From Thalassobaculaceae bacterium (GTDB lineage: Bacteria > Pseudomonadota > Alphaproteobacteria > Thalassobaculales > Thalassobaculaceae): a DNA stretch of 64,000 nucleotides. A model generated the notes under the pieces. That model was not told where the DNA came from and did not search any database. It saw nothing but the letters and a program-made list of their open reading frames with translations. The stretch spans positions 4,570,616-4,634,615 of the forward strand of contig OZ245843.1 in the NCBI GenBank assembly GCA_965228875.1, read 5' to 3'. This document shows, piece by piece, positions 48,811 through 59,131 of this stretch (its first letter is position 1; each line of letters opens with the position of its first letter). Both the position numbers and the translations under genes were made by a program.

Positions 48811-49770
48811 ATGAGCATCCAACCGAAACCGTCCCTGACCGTCGTGCTCGCCGCTCCGCGCGGATTCTGCGCCGGAGTCGATCGTGCGATCCAGATCGTC
48901 GAGCAGGCGCTCGCGAAATGGGGCGCGCCGGTCTACGTGCGCCACGAGATCGTGCACAACCGTCACGTGGTCGAAGGCCTGGAGGCTAAGGGCGCGGTGT
49001 TCGTCGAGGAACTGGACGACTGCCCGGTGGACCGGCCAGTGGTGTTCAGCGCCCACGGCGTGCCGAAGTCGGTGCCGGCGGAGGCGGAGCGGCGGCAAAT
49101 GGTCTATCTCGACGCCACCTGTCCGCTGGTCAGCAAGGTCCACCTGGAGGCGGAGCGTCATCATCGGCAGGACCGGCACATCATCTTGATCGGCCATGCC
49201 GGTCATCCCGAGGTCATCGGCACCATGGGCCAGCTTCCGGGATCCGCGATCAGCCTGATCGAGGACGAGACCCAGGCGGAAAACTTCGTGCCGCCCGCGC
49301 AGCACGGCGGGCTCGCCTTCGTGACCCAGACGACCCTCTCCGTCGACGATACCGCGCGCATCGTCGACGTCCTGCGCCGCCGGTTCCCGGAGATCGCGGC
49401 GCCGAAGAAAGAGGATATCTGCTACGCCACCACCAACCGCCAGGAGGCGGTCAAGGCGATCGCGCCGCAGGTCGACGCCATGGTGGTGATCGGCGCGCCG
49501 AACTCTTCCAATTCCAAACGGCTGGTCGAGGTCGGCAAGGTTGCCGGCTGCGCCGAGTCGCGGCTGATTCAGCGCGCGGCGGAGCTGGACATCGCCTGGC
49601 TCTCGGGCGTTCGGCGTCTCGGCGTCACCGCCGGCGCTTCGGCTCCCGAAGTGCTGGTCGAGGAGGTGATCGAGGCCTGTCGCCGGCACTTCGCGGTCAG
49701 CGTGGAGGAGGTGGAGGTCGCCCGCGAGGATGTGCGCTTCAAGCTGCCGCGCGCGGTCGCGACCGGCTGA
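48811..49770 (+). CDS. ispH: 4-hydroxy-3-methylbut-2-enyl diphosphate reductase
   Basis: [50 protein letters not shown]. Confidence 0.97.
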   Translation: MSIQPKPSLTVVLAAPRGFCAGVDRAIQIVEQALAKWGAPVYVRHEIVHNRHVVEGLEAKGAVFVEELDDCPVDRPVVFSAHGVPKSVPAEAERRQMVYLDATCPLVSKVHLEAERHHRQDRHIILIGHAGHPEVIGTMGQLPGSAISLIEDETQAENFVPPAQHGGLAFVTQTTLSVDDTARIVDVLRRRFPEIAAPKKEDICYATTNRQEAVKAIAPQVDAMVVIGAPNSSNSKRLVEVGKVAGCAESRLIQRAAELDIAWLSGVRRLGVTAGASAPEVLVEEVIEACRRHFAVSVEEVEVAREDVRFKLPRAVATG

Positions 49771-49798
49771 CGGAAGAACCGGGACAGGTTGATCTGGC

Positions 49799-50761
49799 AT
49801 GGCGGTCTACACCCCGATCTCGGACGAGGAGCTTGAAGCCTTCCTGGCCGAATACGATCTCGGCGCGCTGGTATCGTTCTCCGGCATCGCCGAAGGCGTC
49901 GAGAACTCCAACTTTCTGGTCCGCACCACCGACGACACCTACATTCTCACCCTCTACGAGAAGCGGGTGAACCCGAACGACCTGCCGTTCTTCATCGAAC
50001 TGATGCGCCATCTGGCGGCCAAGGGGCTGAACGTCCCCAGTCCGATGCCGGGTCGGGATGGACGCACCCTGCGCGAACTGAACGGCCGACCGGCGGCGGT
50101 GGTGTCCTTCGTCGAGGGGGTGTGGCGGCGGCGGATCCAGCCGTCGTGTTGTCGCGAGCTCGGCATGGCCATGGCCCGGATGCACGTCGCCGGCGGCGAC
50201 TTCGCCATGGTGCGGGAGAACAACCTGTCGGTCGCCGGCTGGCGGCCACTGTTCGACAGCTGCGAACTGCCGGCGCGCGAGATCTACCACCCGCTGCACA
50301 ACCAGTTGAACACCGAGTTGACGCATCTCGAGGCGCACTGGCCGCGCGGCCTGCCGACCGGCACGATCCATGCCGATCTGTTCCCCGACAACGTGTTCTT
50401 CCTCGGCGACCGGCTGTCCGGGTTGATCGACTTCTATTTCGCCTGCACGGACATCCTGGCCTACGACCTGGCGATCTGTCTGAACGCCTGGTGTTTCGAG
50501 AAGGACGGCAGCTTCAACGTCACCAAGGCGCAGAACCTGGTCGGCGGCTACGAGAGCGTGCGGCCGCTGGCGGCTGCCGAGCGCGAGGCGCTGCCGATTC
50601 TGGCCCGCGGCTCGGCCCTGCGCTTCCTGCTCACCCGCCTTTACGACTGGCTGAACCACCCGGAAGGGGCGCTGGTGAAACCCAAGGATCCCATGGAATA
50701 CAACCAGAAGCTCCGCTTCCATCAGAGCGTGTCCGGCCCGTCGGCCTACGGCCTGTCATGA
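49799..50761 (+). CDS. thrB: Homoserine kinase type II
   Basis: [46 protein letters not shown]. Confidence 0.95.
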   Translation: MAVYTPISDEELEAFLAEYDLGALVSFSGIAEGVENSNFLVRTTDDTYILTLYEKRVNPNDLPFFIELMRHLAAKGLNVPSPMPGRDGRTLRELNGRPAAVVSFVEGVWRRRIQPSCCRELGMAMARMHVAGGDFAMVRENNLSVAGWRPLFDSCELPAREIYHPLHNQLNTELTHLEAHWPRGLPTGTIHADLFPDNVFFLGDRLSGLIDFYFACTDILAYDLAICLNAWCFEKDGSFNVTKAQNLVGGYESVRPLAAAEREALPILARGSALRFLLTRLYDWLNHPEGALVKPKDPMEYNQKLRFHQSVSGPSAYGLS

Positions 50762-51216
50762 CCGGCGAGACAGGGGGGGAGCGGGTCCAGGTGTTCACCG
50801 ACGGGGCCTGCAGCGGCAATCCCGGACCCGGCGGGTGGGGCGCGATCCTGCGCTGGCGCGGCAACGAGAAGGAACTCTCCGGCGGCGCGGAGGAGACCAC
50901 CAACAACCGCATGGAGCTGATGGCCGCGATCGCGGCCCTGGAGGCGCTGACCCGTGGCATGCCGGTCGATCTGACCACCGACAGCACCTATGTCCGCGAC
51001 GGCATCACCAAGTGGATGAAGGCCTGGAAGGCGCGCGGCTGGAAGACCGCCGACAAGAAGCCGGTCAAGAACCGCGACCTGTGGGAGCGGCTCGACGCCG
51101 CCGTGCAGCGACACGACGTGGACTGGCACTGGGTGAAGGGCCATGCCGGTCATCCGGAAAACGAACGCGCCGACGAACTCGCCCGAGAGGCGATCAGGGC
51201 GCTGCGGGAGGGGTGA
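50758..51216 (+). CDS. rnhA: Ribonuclease HI
   Basis: [43 protein letters not shown]. Confidence 0.97.
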   Translation: MTGETGGERVQVFTDGACSGNPGPGGWGAILRWRGNEKELSGGAEETTNNRMELMAAIAALEALTRGMPVDLTTDSTYVRDGITKWMKAWKARGWKTADKKPVKNRDLWERLDAAVQRHDVDWHWVKGHAGHPENERADELAREAIRALREG

Positions 51217-51238
51217 CGGACTCCTTCGACTCTCTCCA

Positions 51239-51346
51239 CACTCCCCGGGTTGAGTCCGGGACCCACACCAGAAGAGGTACGGTCGGCGGTTAATGTCGAT
51301 GTTTGGTGCCGCCGATGAGTGGCCCCCGGAACAGGCCCGGGAAGTG
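51239..51346. repeat. REP/REPIN-like long imperfect hairpin between convergent genes
   Basis: 28-nt arms CACTCCCCGGGTTGAGTCCGGGACCCAC and GTGGCCCCCGGAACAGGCCCGGGAAGTG are imperfect complements and each is internally palindromic. Confidence 0.6.
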
Positions 51347-51374
51347 CGTGAGAGGGAGAAGTGCCGGTGAGTCC

Positions 51375-51986
51375 TCACCCCTGCTCCAGGACCGGCACCA
51401 TGGAGGCCACAAGCAGGATCGCCATGGCGATGTTGAACCGGGCGATCCGGTTGCCCTTTGCCAGCACGCCGCGCAGGGCGGTGCCGGAGATCGCCCACAC
51501 GCTGATCGAGGGGATGTTCACCACCGCGAACAGGGCGATCATCGCCACCAGGCTGGCGAGGTAATCGGCCTGATCGGTGTAGGAGACGGTCAGGATCAGC
51601 GCGACCGCCCAGGCCTTTGGGTTCACCAACTGGAACAGCGCGGCCTGGACGAAGGAGATGGGTTGCTCGACCCGGTCGGGCGTGGACGGGCCGAGTGCGC
51701 GGCTGCGGCCGATCCGGACCGCCAGCCACAGCACATAGGCGGCACAGGCGATCTTCAGGGCGAGGGTGATCGCCGGGAAGCGCTCCAGCACCTCCCCCAG
51801 CCCGATGCCGACCAGGAACACCATCGTCAGGAAGCCTAGGCTGATCCCCAGAACCGTCGGGATCGTCCGCCGGAAGCCGAAATTGGCGCCCGAGGCCAGC
51901 AGCAGGAAATTGCCCGGGCCGGGCGAGATCGACATCACGAGGGCGAAGCCGGTCAGGGCGAGGGCGGTCTCTGGCGTCATCGTCAT
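51375..51986 (-). CDS. LysE family translocator
   Basis: SISPGPGN, GANFG, FQLVNPKAW. Confidence 0.9.
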   Translation of the reverse strand: MTMTPETALALTGFALVMSISPGPGNFLLLASGANFGFRRTIPTVLGISLGFLTMVFLVGIGLGEVLERFPAITLALKIACAAYVLWLAVRIGRSRALGPSTPDRVEQPISFVQAALFQLVNPKAWAVALILTVSYTDQADYLASLVAMIALFAVVNIPSISVWAISGTALRGVLAKGNRIARFNIAMAILLVASMVPVLEQG

Positions 51987-52083
51987 CCTCCGTGTTCGAC
52001 GCCGCGACCCTAGCCGGTGTCTGAGTTCACGGAATGCCGGTCAGTCGATTGTTCTTATCCAATCGTCCAATCATACTGACTGA

Positions 52084-53019
52084 ATGGATCATCAGGATGT
52101 TCTCTCAGAGGTCTTTGCCACGCTGCGGTTGACCAGCGCGCTGTATTTCCGCGCGGCCCTGTCGGGCGCGTTCTCGATCGAGGTGCCCGCGGAGTCGCGC
52201 CGCATTCGATTTCACCTGGTACGTCACGGGACCTGCTGGGTGTCAGTGCCGGGACAGGCTCCGGTGGCGCTGGCGCCGGGCGATGTGGCGCTGATCCCGA
52301 ACGGCGCCAGCCAGACCCTCTCCGCGGCGCCGGCGCTTCCGTCCGTATCGCTCGCCGACCTGATGGTGGCGGGGGCGGACAGCGGCGGCGTGTTGCGGCA
52401 CGGCGAGGGAGCGGTCGCGGCCGATCTGCTCTGCGGGTTCTGCGCCTTCGATGAGAGCCTCGACCATCCGGTGCTGCGCGACCTGCCGGCGCTGATCGTG
52501 CTGCGGCCGTCCGAGCTGGGCGCCGAGCCCTGGGCCGCGGCGGGTCTGCGGCTGCTGCAGCTCGAGGCGGATCTCGACGGCCCGGGAGCGACGGCGATCC
52601 TGTCGCGCCTGATCGAGGTGATCGTGATCCAGGCGGCGCGTCGGACCGTGGGATCGATGCGAGAGCGGCCGGCCGGGTTCCTCGCGGCGCTGACCGATCC
52701 CGCTCTCTCCAAGGCGCTGGCGGCGATCCACGCAACCCCGGAGCGGGACTGGCGGGTGGTGGATCTGGCGGGCCTGGCCGCGATGTCGCGGGCGGGGTTT
52801 GCCCGGCGCTTCGCCGAGGCGGTCGGTCTCACTCCGATCGACTACCTGACGGAATGGCGGTTGGCCAGGGCGCGGGCGCTGCTGACGGACACGCGGTTGT
52901 CCATGGACGACATCGCCGAGCGCTGCGGCTACCGCTCGGTCCCGTCGTTCACCCGGCGCTTCAAGGCGCGGTTCGGCGAGGGGCCGGGAACGTTCCGGCG
53001 CTCGCGGCTGTCGGCCTGA
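52084..53019 (+). CDS. AraC family transcriptional regulator (cupin N-terminal domain)
   Basis: DVLSEVF, RFHLV, MSRAGFARRF, YLTEWRL, IAERCGYRSVPSFTRRFK; divergent from lysE-type gene. Confidence 0.92.
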   Translation: MDHQDVLSEVFATLRLTSALYFRAALSGAFSIEVPAESRRIRFHLVRHGTCWVSVPGQAPVALAPGDVALIPNGASQTLSAAPALPSVSLADLMVAGADSGGVLRHGEGAVAADLLCGFCAFDESLDHPVLRDLPALIVLRPSELGAEPWAAAGLRLLQLEADLDGPGATAILSRLIEVIVIQAARRTVGSMRERPAGFLAALTDPALSKALAAIHATPERDWRVVDLAGLAAMSRAGFARRFAEAVGLTPIDYLTEWRLARARALLTDTRLSMDDIAERCGYRSVPSFTRRFKARFGEGPGTFRRSRLSA

Positions 53020-53066
53020 GCGCGCGGGGCTGACGGATCGGCGCCGTTTCGTGTAAAACCCCGCCC

Positions 53067-54101
53067 ATGTCGAACCCCATGACTTCTGGACCTGCGACTT
53101 CCGGCCCCGCACCCCTGGATCGGCGCTTCAGCGTCGCGCCGATGATGGACTGGACGGACCGGCATTGCCGCGTCTTCCACCGATTGTTGACGCGCCGCGC
53201 CGTGCTCTACACCGAGATGGTGACCGCCGACGCCGTGCGTTTCGGCGACCGGGACCGGCTGCTCGGGTTTTCGGCCGAGGAGCATCCGCTCGCCCTTCAA
53301 CTCGGCGGGGCGGAGCCCGAGGCGATGGCCGAGGCGGCCCGGATCGCCGAGGACTGGGGCTATGGCGAGGTGAACATCAATGTGGGCTGCCCGTCGGACC
53401 GGGTGCAGTCCGGCCGGTTCGGCGCCTGCCTGATGCGCGAACCGGAGACGGTCGGCCGGGTGGTCGCGGCGATGCGCGCGGCGGTGTCGATCCCGGTCAC
53501 CGTGAAATGCCGCATCGGCGTCGACGATCAGGACCCGGAAGCCGCGCTCGACGCCCTGGTCGCGCGCGTCGCCGATGCGGGCTGCGAGACGGTCGTCGTC
53601 CACGCCCGCAAGGCCTGGCTCCAGGGGCTGTCGCCGAAGGAGAACCGGGACGTGCCGCCGCTCAACTACGACCGGGTGCGTCGGCTCAAGGCCGCACGGC
53701 CGGAGCTGGAGGTGATCCTGAACGGCGGGCTCGCCGATCTCGAGAGCGCCGTCGCCGAGAGCGCGGGCCTCGACGGCATGATGGTCGGCCGAGCCGCCTA
53801 CCAGATGCCCTGGATGCTCACACGGGTGGACTCCCGGATCTACGGCGACGCCGACACGAGCGCGGACCGTCACGACGTGGTCGATGCCATGGCCGACTAC
53901 GCCGACCGCATGCGGGCGGAGCGGGGGACGCCGCTGAAGTCGATCGGCCGCCATATGCTCGGCCTGTTCCAGGGACTGCCGGGCGCCCGGGCATGGCGAC
54001 GGTGCCTTGCCGGGACGATGTACGCCGACGAGTCTACCGGAGACGTGCTGCGTGACGCGGCAGCACTGGTCGCCGCCGATTCTTCCCGCCACGCCGCCTG
54101 A
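53067..54101 (+). CDS. dusA: tRNA-dihydrouridine synthase DusA
   Basis: SVAPMMDWTDRHCR, EHPLALQLGG, NVGCPSDRVQSGRFGACLM, HARKAWLQGLSPKENR. Confidence 0.95.
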   Translation: MSNPMTSGPATSGPAPLDRRFSVAPMMDWTDRHCRVFHRLLTRRAVLYTEMVTADAVRFGDRDRLLGFSAEEHPLALQLGGAEPEAMAEAARIAEDWGYGEVNINVGCPSDRVQSGRFGACLMREPETVGRVVAAMRAAVSIPVTVKCRIGVDDQDPEAALDALVARVADAGCETVVVHARKAWLQGLSPKENRDVPPLNYDRVRRLKAARPELEVILNGGLADLESAVAESAGLDGMMVGRAAYQMPWMLTRVDSRIYGDADTSADRHDVVDAMADYADRMRAERGTPLKSIGRHMLGLFQGLPGARAWRRCLAGTMYADESTGDVLRDAAALVAADSSRHAA

Positions 54102-54113
54102 GGAGAGACCGCG

Positions 54114-54650
54114 ATGACCCGGACGCGGGCGCTGACCGAGTACGGTCCGCTGATCCTGTTCTTCGTCAGCAACCTGATCTGGGGGATCATGCCGGCGACG
54201 GCGGTCCTCATCGTCGCCACGGTGATCGCCACCGGATACGCGATCTATGCCGAGCGGCGGGTGCCGTGGATGCCGGTGATCGGCGCGGCTCTGATCTCGA
54301 TCTTCGGCGGCCTGGCGCTGGTGTTCGACGACGCCTTCTTTCTGAAGATCAAGCCGACGGTCGCGACCCTGCTGATCGCCGCCGGGCTCGCCTTCGGCTT
54401 GCTGATCCGGAAGTACTTCCTGCGCACCCTGTTCTCCGGAATGCTCGACCTGGACGATGCCGGCTGGCGCAACCTGACGCTTTACTGGATCTGTGCCTTC
54501 TGCGTGCTGGCCGTGGCCAACGAGATCGCCTGGCGGTCGCTGTCGACCGACGGCTGGGTCACGTTCAAGACCTTCGGGCTTACAGGGTTGTCGGTCGTCG
54601 CGGCGCTCGGTGCCGCACCGATCATGAAGTCGGCGCGCAGCAGGGAGTGA
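54114..54650 (+). CDS. yciB: Inner membrane protein YciB/IspZ family
   Basis: EYGPLILFF, FLKIKPT, ANEIAWR, WVTFKTFG. Confidence 0.85.
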   Translation: MTRTRALTEYGPLILFFVSNLIWGIMPATAVLIVATVIATGYAIYAERRVPWMPVIGAALISIFGGLALVFDDAFFLKIKPTVATLLIAAGLAFGLLIRKYFLRTLFSGMLDLDDAGWRNLTLYWICAFCVLAVANEIAWRSLSTDGWVTFKTFGLTGLSVVAALGAAPIMKSARSRE

Positions 54651-54723
54651 CCTCCCCGCGCGGCCGAACCGGACCGTGTCGCCGACCGGACCGGGATCTG
54701 TGTCGTGATCGTGTGACTTGGCC

Positions 54724-55323
54724 TTAGCTGGCGATCTTGGCCGCTGCCCACTTGCTTCTCAGATTGCCGATCTCGATGTCGACGGCGCGTTCGACCAGCT
54801 TGATCTCGCGGTCGCAGTTGCTGTCCTCGGGACAGGCCGCCTTCACCTTGGCGATTTCCACATGGCCGCGGTTCCGGGTCCGCTCGATGGCGCCATCGAA
54901 GAAGCTGTCGCGCTCCTCGGCGCTGCTGAAGCTGGCCGGGATCAACAGCAGGGTGACCTGTTCCGGGTACTTGTTCATCGCGCCCGAACCGGCGTCGATC
55001 GCCACGCCGATCAGGCCGCCGAGCAGCACATTGCCGATGGTCGCGCCCTGGAACTCGCTCGACAGATTGGCGGCGGTCTCCTGGTATCCTTCGGACTGGC
55101 AGCGGACCAGGATCGCATCCTTGCTCTTGTCGACGAGGACGGTGCCGGGGGTCGGGTTGATGATGGCGATGGTCGAGTTGCCCCGGTCGAGGCGGCACTC
55201 GGCGCCGGACGGATCGGTGACGACGCTGATGGTCTGATCGGCGCCGGTCGTCACCGTCGCGCAAGCGGAAAGCGAGAGTGCGGCCACGGCGGCAAGCGCC
55301 GCCGGCCTGAAGAAGTCGGTCAT
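54724..55323 (-). CDS. Hypothetical lipoprotein with glycine-zipper-like segment
   Basis: Lipobox LSAC-ATVTTG; GNVLLGGLIGVAIDAGSGA. Confidence 0.75.
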   Translation of the reverse strand: MTDFFRPAALAAVAALSLSACATVTTGADQTISVVTDPSGAECRLDRGNSTIAIINPTPGTVLVDKSKDAILVRCQSEGYQETAANLSSEFQGATIGNVLLGGLIGVAIDAGSGAMNKYPEQVTLLLIPASFSSAEERDSFFDGAIERTRNRGHVEIAKVKAACPEDSNCDREIKLVERAVDIEIGNLRSKWAAAKIAS

Positions 55324-55402
55324 TCGGTCATCCCCCCAGGATGGAAAAACGTGCAGGTGCAGTCCGGATAACACGATTGTCCGGCGGGTTGAGGGGTAAT
55401 AC

Positions 55403-56551
55403 TCACACTTTCTGTTTCGGGGATTTCAACAGGAACGCGCCAACCAGTCCGAGCGCGCCCAGCCCGCCCATGGCGACGTAGGCGGCCGGTCCGTAAGCCT
55501 CAAAGAGGAGGCCGGCCGACGGCATCGCCAATCCCATGATCACGCCGGAGACCAGGGCGTAGTAGAAGGCCTGGGCGGTTGCCTCGAGACCTTCCGGCGC
55601 GTTGTCCTGCAGGTACCGCATCGCGCCGAGATGGGCCGCGCCGAAGGTGAGGCCGTGGAGGACCTGCAGGGCGGAGACGGCCAGCAGGTCTCCGGTCACG
55701 GCGGTCAGTGGCCAGCGCACGATGGCACCGAACGCGGCGGCGGCGAGGAGTATGCGCGACGAGCCGAAGCGGCCGATGCGGCCGGCCAGCGCGAAGACCG
55801 CGATCTCCGCCACGACGCCGATCGCCCAGAGCATCCCGATGGCGCCTTCGCCGAAGCCCTCGGCCCGCCAGGCGATGGTGCCGAAGCCGTAGAACACGGC
55901 GTGGCTCGCCTGGACGCAGCCGGCGGCGCCGATGAACACGAGATAGCGTCGGTCGGCGATCAGGCGTGCGGCGGCGCGCCACGACCACGGCTTGCCGGCC
56001 CGGCCGCTCCCCGGCGGCAGCGCCAGGCAACTGAGGACGAACAGCGCCATGGCGGCGACAATCAGCGTCAGGATCACCGGATCGCCGAACCGTTCGGTGG
56101 CGGATCCGGCGCCGAACGCGGCGATAACGAAGGCGACCGAGCCCCAGATCCGGATGCGGCCGTAGTCCAGTCGGTGGCGCTTGGTCTCGCTCAACGCCAG
56201 GGCCTCTCCGAGCGGCATGATGCTCTGGAAGCTGAATCCGAGCAGCACGGCCAGCGCGAGGTAGCTCCAGAACGGGTCGGCCAGCGCGAACGCGGCGAAC
56301 ACCCCAAGCGCGGCGAACGCCAGGATCACGGTCACCGTCTTCAACGCACCGGTAGCGTCGGCGATCGAGGCGAGCAGCGGATGCGCGGCCAGCTTCACCC
56401 AGAAACCCACCGCCAGCACCGTGCCGATCGCCGTCGGCGACAAGCCGCGGCTCTCCAGCCAGGCCGGCCAGTACGGCAGCGAGATCCCGACCACGGCGAA
56501 ATAGGCGGCGTAGAACAGCGAGAGGCGGGCCGAGATCGGGCTGGCGGTCAT
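55403..56551 (-). CDS. MFS transporter (HcaT-like)
   Basis: LPYWPAWL, DYGRIRIWGS, SHAVFYGF, LWAIGVVAEI, QVLHGLTFG. Confidence 0.88.
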   Translation of the reverse strand: MTASPISARLSLFYAAYFAVVGISLPYWPAWLESRGLSPTAIGTVLAVGFWVKLAAHPLLASIADATGALKTVTVILAFAALGVFAAFALADPFWSYLALAVLLGFSFQSIMPLGEALALSETKRHRLDYGRIRIWGSVAFVIAAFGAGSATERFGDPVILTLIVAAMALFVLSCLALPPGSGRAGKPWSWRAAARLIADRRYLVFIGAAGCVQASHAVFYGFGTIAWRAEGFGEGAIGMLWAIGVVAEIAVFALAGRIGRFGSSRILLAAAAFGAIVRWPLTAVTGDLLAVSALQVLHGLTFGAAHLGAMRYLQDNAPEGLEATAQAFYYALVSGVIMGLAMPSAGLLFEAYGPAAYVAMGGLGALGLVGAFLLKSPKQKV

Positions 56552-56629
56552 GGCGGCGCCTGCGGTGCTGGGGTGACGGGATGGCGGTCGGTGCCGGTGA
56601 CGCCATATAATGCCGCGAGGAGGCCGGCA

Positions 56630-56818
56630 ATGACCGAAGGACGGAGTCGCATTCCGGAAGGTGAGACCGACACCGGCGGGCGGCGGGTGACGGTGGTGTT
56701 CTACCTTGCCTTCGCCCTGATGCTTTCCGTGACGGTTGCGGTCCTGCCGATCGTCGCCGACACCCACCGCCTGTCCGGCGCGTGGATCACCTTCTGCGCC
56801 GCCATCGGGATCGACTGA
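56630..56818 (+). CDS. Small membrane protein (62 aa)
   Basis: TATAAT at 56606-56611, GAGGAGG site, ATG 56630; one hydrophobic helix. Confidence 0.55.
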   Translation: MTEGRSRIPEGETDTGGRRVTVVFYLAFALMLSVTVAVLPIVADTHRLSGAWITFCAAIGID

Positions 56819-56904
56819 CGCTGGCGGCACCTGCCTCTTGGCGGGCTCCGGGCGCGGTTCACAGACCCGCGAGCGGTGATGCGGGACAGTTGTTGCGATT
56901 GACT

Positions 56905-56923
56905 GTGCAAGTCATTCTCATTA
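56905..56923. promoter_or_regulatory. Putative Fur-type iron box
   Basis: GTGCAAGTCATTCTCATTA resembles the Fur consensus, abuts a TTGACT -35-like hexamer, and lies upstream of an iron-binding protein gene. Confidence 0.65.
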
Positions 56924-57036
56924 GAGAACGGGAGCCGATATCGATGCGGCACACGGACCGGCTCGTTCAAACGGCTCGGGCAGTCCCGACCACCACGGGA
57001 GCATGACAGATGAACGTCTTGGGAGGACTTCGGTCG

Positions 57037-58083
57037 ATGCGGACCATGACTCAGCTGACGCGCGCGGCCGTCGCCGCCGCCGTCATCATGTCCGGAGGCA
57101 CCATCGCGGCGACGCAGGCTGCGGCTTCGGGCGAACTGAATCTCTATTCCTCGCGCCACTACGACACGGACGAGCGGCTCTACTCCGAGTTCGAGGAGAA
57201 GACCGGGATCAAGATCAACCGGATCGAGGGCAAGGCCGACGAGCTGATCCAGCGGATCAAGAGCGAAGGCCAGAACAGCCCGGCCGACCTGCTGATCACC
57301 GTCGATGCCGGACGGATCTGGCGCGCCCAGGAAATGGACCTGTTCCAGCCGGTCACCACCGAGTTCCTGGAAGCCCGCGTTCCGTCCTACCTGCGTCATC
57401 CGGAGGGCCTGTGGTACGGCTTCTCCCAGCGTGCGCGGATCATCTTCTATGACAAAGAGCGGGTCTCGCCGACCCAGGTCCAGACCTATGGCGACCTGGC
57501 GGATCCGGCGCTCAAGGGCATGGTCTGCACCCGGTCGAGCTCGAACATCTACATGCTGTCGCTGATGGCGGCGCAGATCGAGCACCAGGGCGAGCAGGGC
57601 GCCAAGGACTGGGCCGCCGGCATGTACGCCAACCGCGCCCGCGATCCGCAGGGCGGCGATACCGACCAGCTGCGGGGCATCGCCTCCGGCGAGTGCGCCG
57701 TGGCGATCGCCAACACCTACTACTTCGCCCGCGCGTTGCGGAAGGACGTCAAGGGGCTGGACGAGGTCAACATGGCCAAGATCGGCTGGGTGTTCCCGAA
57801 TCAGAGCACCACGGGCGCCCACGTGAACATCTCCGGGGCCGGCGTCGTCGCCACCGCGCCGAACAAGGAGAACGCGATCCGGTTCCTCGAGTACCTCGCC
57901 TCGGACAGCGCCCAGGCGTATTTCTCCGCCGGCAACGACGAGTATCCGGCGGTTCCGGGCACCGAGCTCAGCGAATCAGTCGCTCGGCTGGGCCTGTTCC
58001 GCCAGGACACGATGAACCTCGCCAAGCTGGGCGAGAACCAGCCGGCGGCGCAGAAGCTGTACGACGAGGTCGGCTACAAGTAA
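57037..58083 (+). CDS. Fe(3+) ABC transporter substrate-binding protein (FutA/FbpA-like)
   Basis: LNLYSSRHY, SPADLLITVDAGR, RSSSNIY, GGDTDQ, ANTYY, HVNISG. Start 57010, 57037 or 57046. Confidence 0.92.
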   Translation: MRTMTQLTRAAVAAAVIMSGGTIAATQAAASGELNLYSSRHYDTDERLYSEFEEKTGIKINRIEGKADELIQRIKSEGQNSPADLLITVDAGRIWRAQEMDLFQPVTTEFLEARVPSYLRHPEGLWYGFSQRARIIFYDKERVSPTQVQTYGDLADPALKGMVCTRSSSNIYMLSLMAAQIEHQGEQGAKDWAAGMYANRARDPQGGDTDQLRGIASGECAVAIANTYYFARALRKDVKGLDEVNMAKIGWVFPNQSTTGAHVNISGAGVVATAPNKENAIRFLEYLASDSAQAYFSAGNDEYPAVPGTELSESVARLGLFRQDTMNLAKLGENQPAAQKLYDEVGYK

Positions 58084-58111
58084 GCCGGCTTCGGCCCAGA
58101 TCGATCTCGCG

Positions 58112-58145
58112 CGCCGCCCCGCCCGCCGGGGCGGCGTCGCTTTTT
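58112..58145 (+). terminator. Rho-independent terminator
   Basis: CGCCGCCCCG-cccgc-CGGGGCGGCG stem followed closely by TTTTT. Confidence 0.75.
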
Positions 58146-58259
58146 GGGGACGCGGCGATCCCATTGGCCGCGCTCCCCGAACGGAGCGTTTCGACCCCGG
58201 CACTTTATTCCGGTCCATTCCCGGTGTAGGAACGCGCGCTTTCCCACCCGGAGTGACCG

Positions 58260-59102
58260 ATGCCCGAGTTCGCCGGCGACCTCGCCAGCTACCTTCCCTC
58301 GATCCTGGTCCTGATGTTCACCGGCGCCGTTGCCGGACTGCTGGCCGGGCTGCTCGGCGTCGGCGGTGGCATCGTCATCGTGCCGGTGCTCTTCAACATG
58401 TTCGGAATCCTGAACCTGCCGCAGGAGACCGCCATGCACATGGCCATCGGCACGTCGCTGGCGACCATCGTGCCGACGTCGATTTTCTCCATGCGGGCGC
58501 ACTGGAAGAAGGGGAACGTCGACGTCGACCTGCTCAAGGTCTGGGCCGTATGGGCGCTCGTCGGGGCGGTGATCGGCACCGCCATCGCCGGACAGTTCAA
58601 GGGCTGGGTGCTGACCGCGATCTTCGCGGTGATCGCGTCGCTGGTCGCCATCAACATGGCCAGCCGCGACGGCTTGAAGGTGGCCGACGCGCTGCCGGTC
58701 TCGCGGGTGAAGAACGCGGTTCTGGCGTTCTTCATCGGCGGGTTCTCCGTGACCATGGGCATCGGCGGCGGGACGCTGACCGTGCCGACGCTCTCGGCCT
58801 TCAACTACCCGATACATCGCGCGGTCGGTTCCGCCGCGGCCCTCGGTCTGCCGATCGCGATTCCCGGCGTAATCGGCTTCGCCATCGCCGGATGGGGCCT
58901 GGAGGATCGGCCGCCGCTCTCGATCGGCTATGTAAATGTCATTGGCTTCCTGCTGATTTTTCCGCTTTCTTCCTTCATGGCACCTTACGGGGCCGCGATC
59001 GCCCACCGGCTGAACAAGGTCTGGCTCCGGCGGGCGTTCGCACTGTTTCTGGGCGTGACGGCGGTGCGGATGTTCCTGCGGCTGGCCGAGACCTTCGGCT
59101 GA
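58260..59102 (+). CDS. TauE/SafE family exporter
   Basis: AGLLGVGGGIVIVP, AIGTSLA, MGIGGGTLTVP, AVGSAA. Confidence 0.9.
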   Translation: MPEFAGDLASYLPSILVLMFTGAVAGLLAGLLGVGGGIVIVPVLFNMFGILNLPQETAMHMAIGTSLATIVPTSIFSMRAHWKKGNVDVDLLKVWAVWALVGAVIGTAIAGQFKGWVLTAIFAVIASLVAINMASRDGLKVADALPVSRVKNAVLAFFIGGFSVTMGIGGGTLTVPTLSAFNYPIHRAVGSAAALGLPIAIPGVIGFAIAGWGLEDRPPLSIGYVNVIGFLLIFPLSSFMAPYGAAIAHRLNKVWLRRAFALFLGVTAVRMFLRLAETFG

Positions 59103-59131
59103 GCCTGCGACGCCGCTGACGGGAGGTAGGA

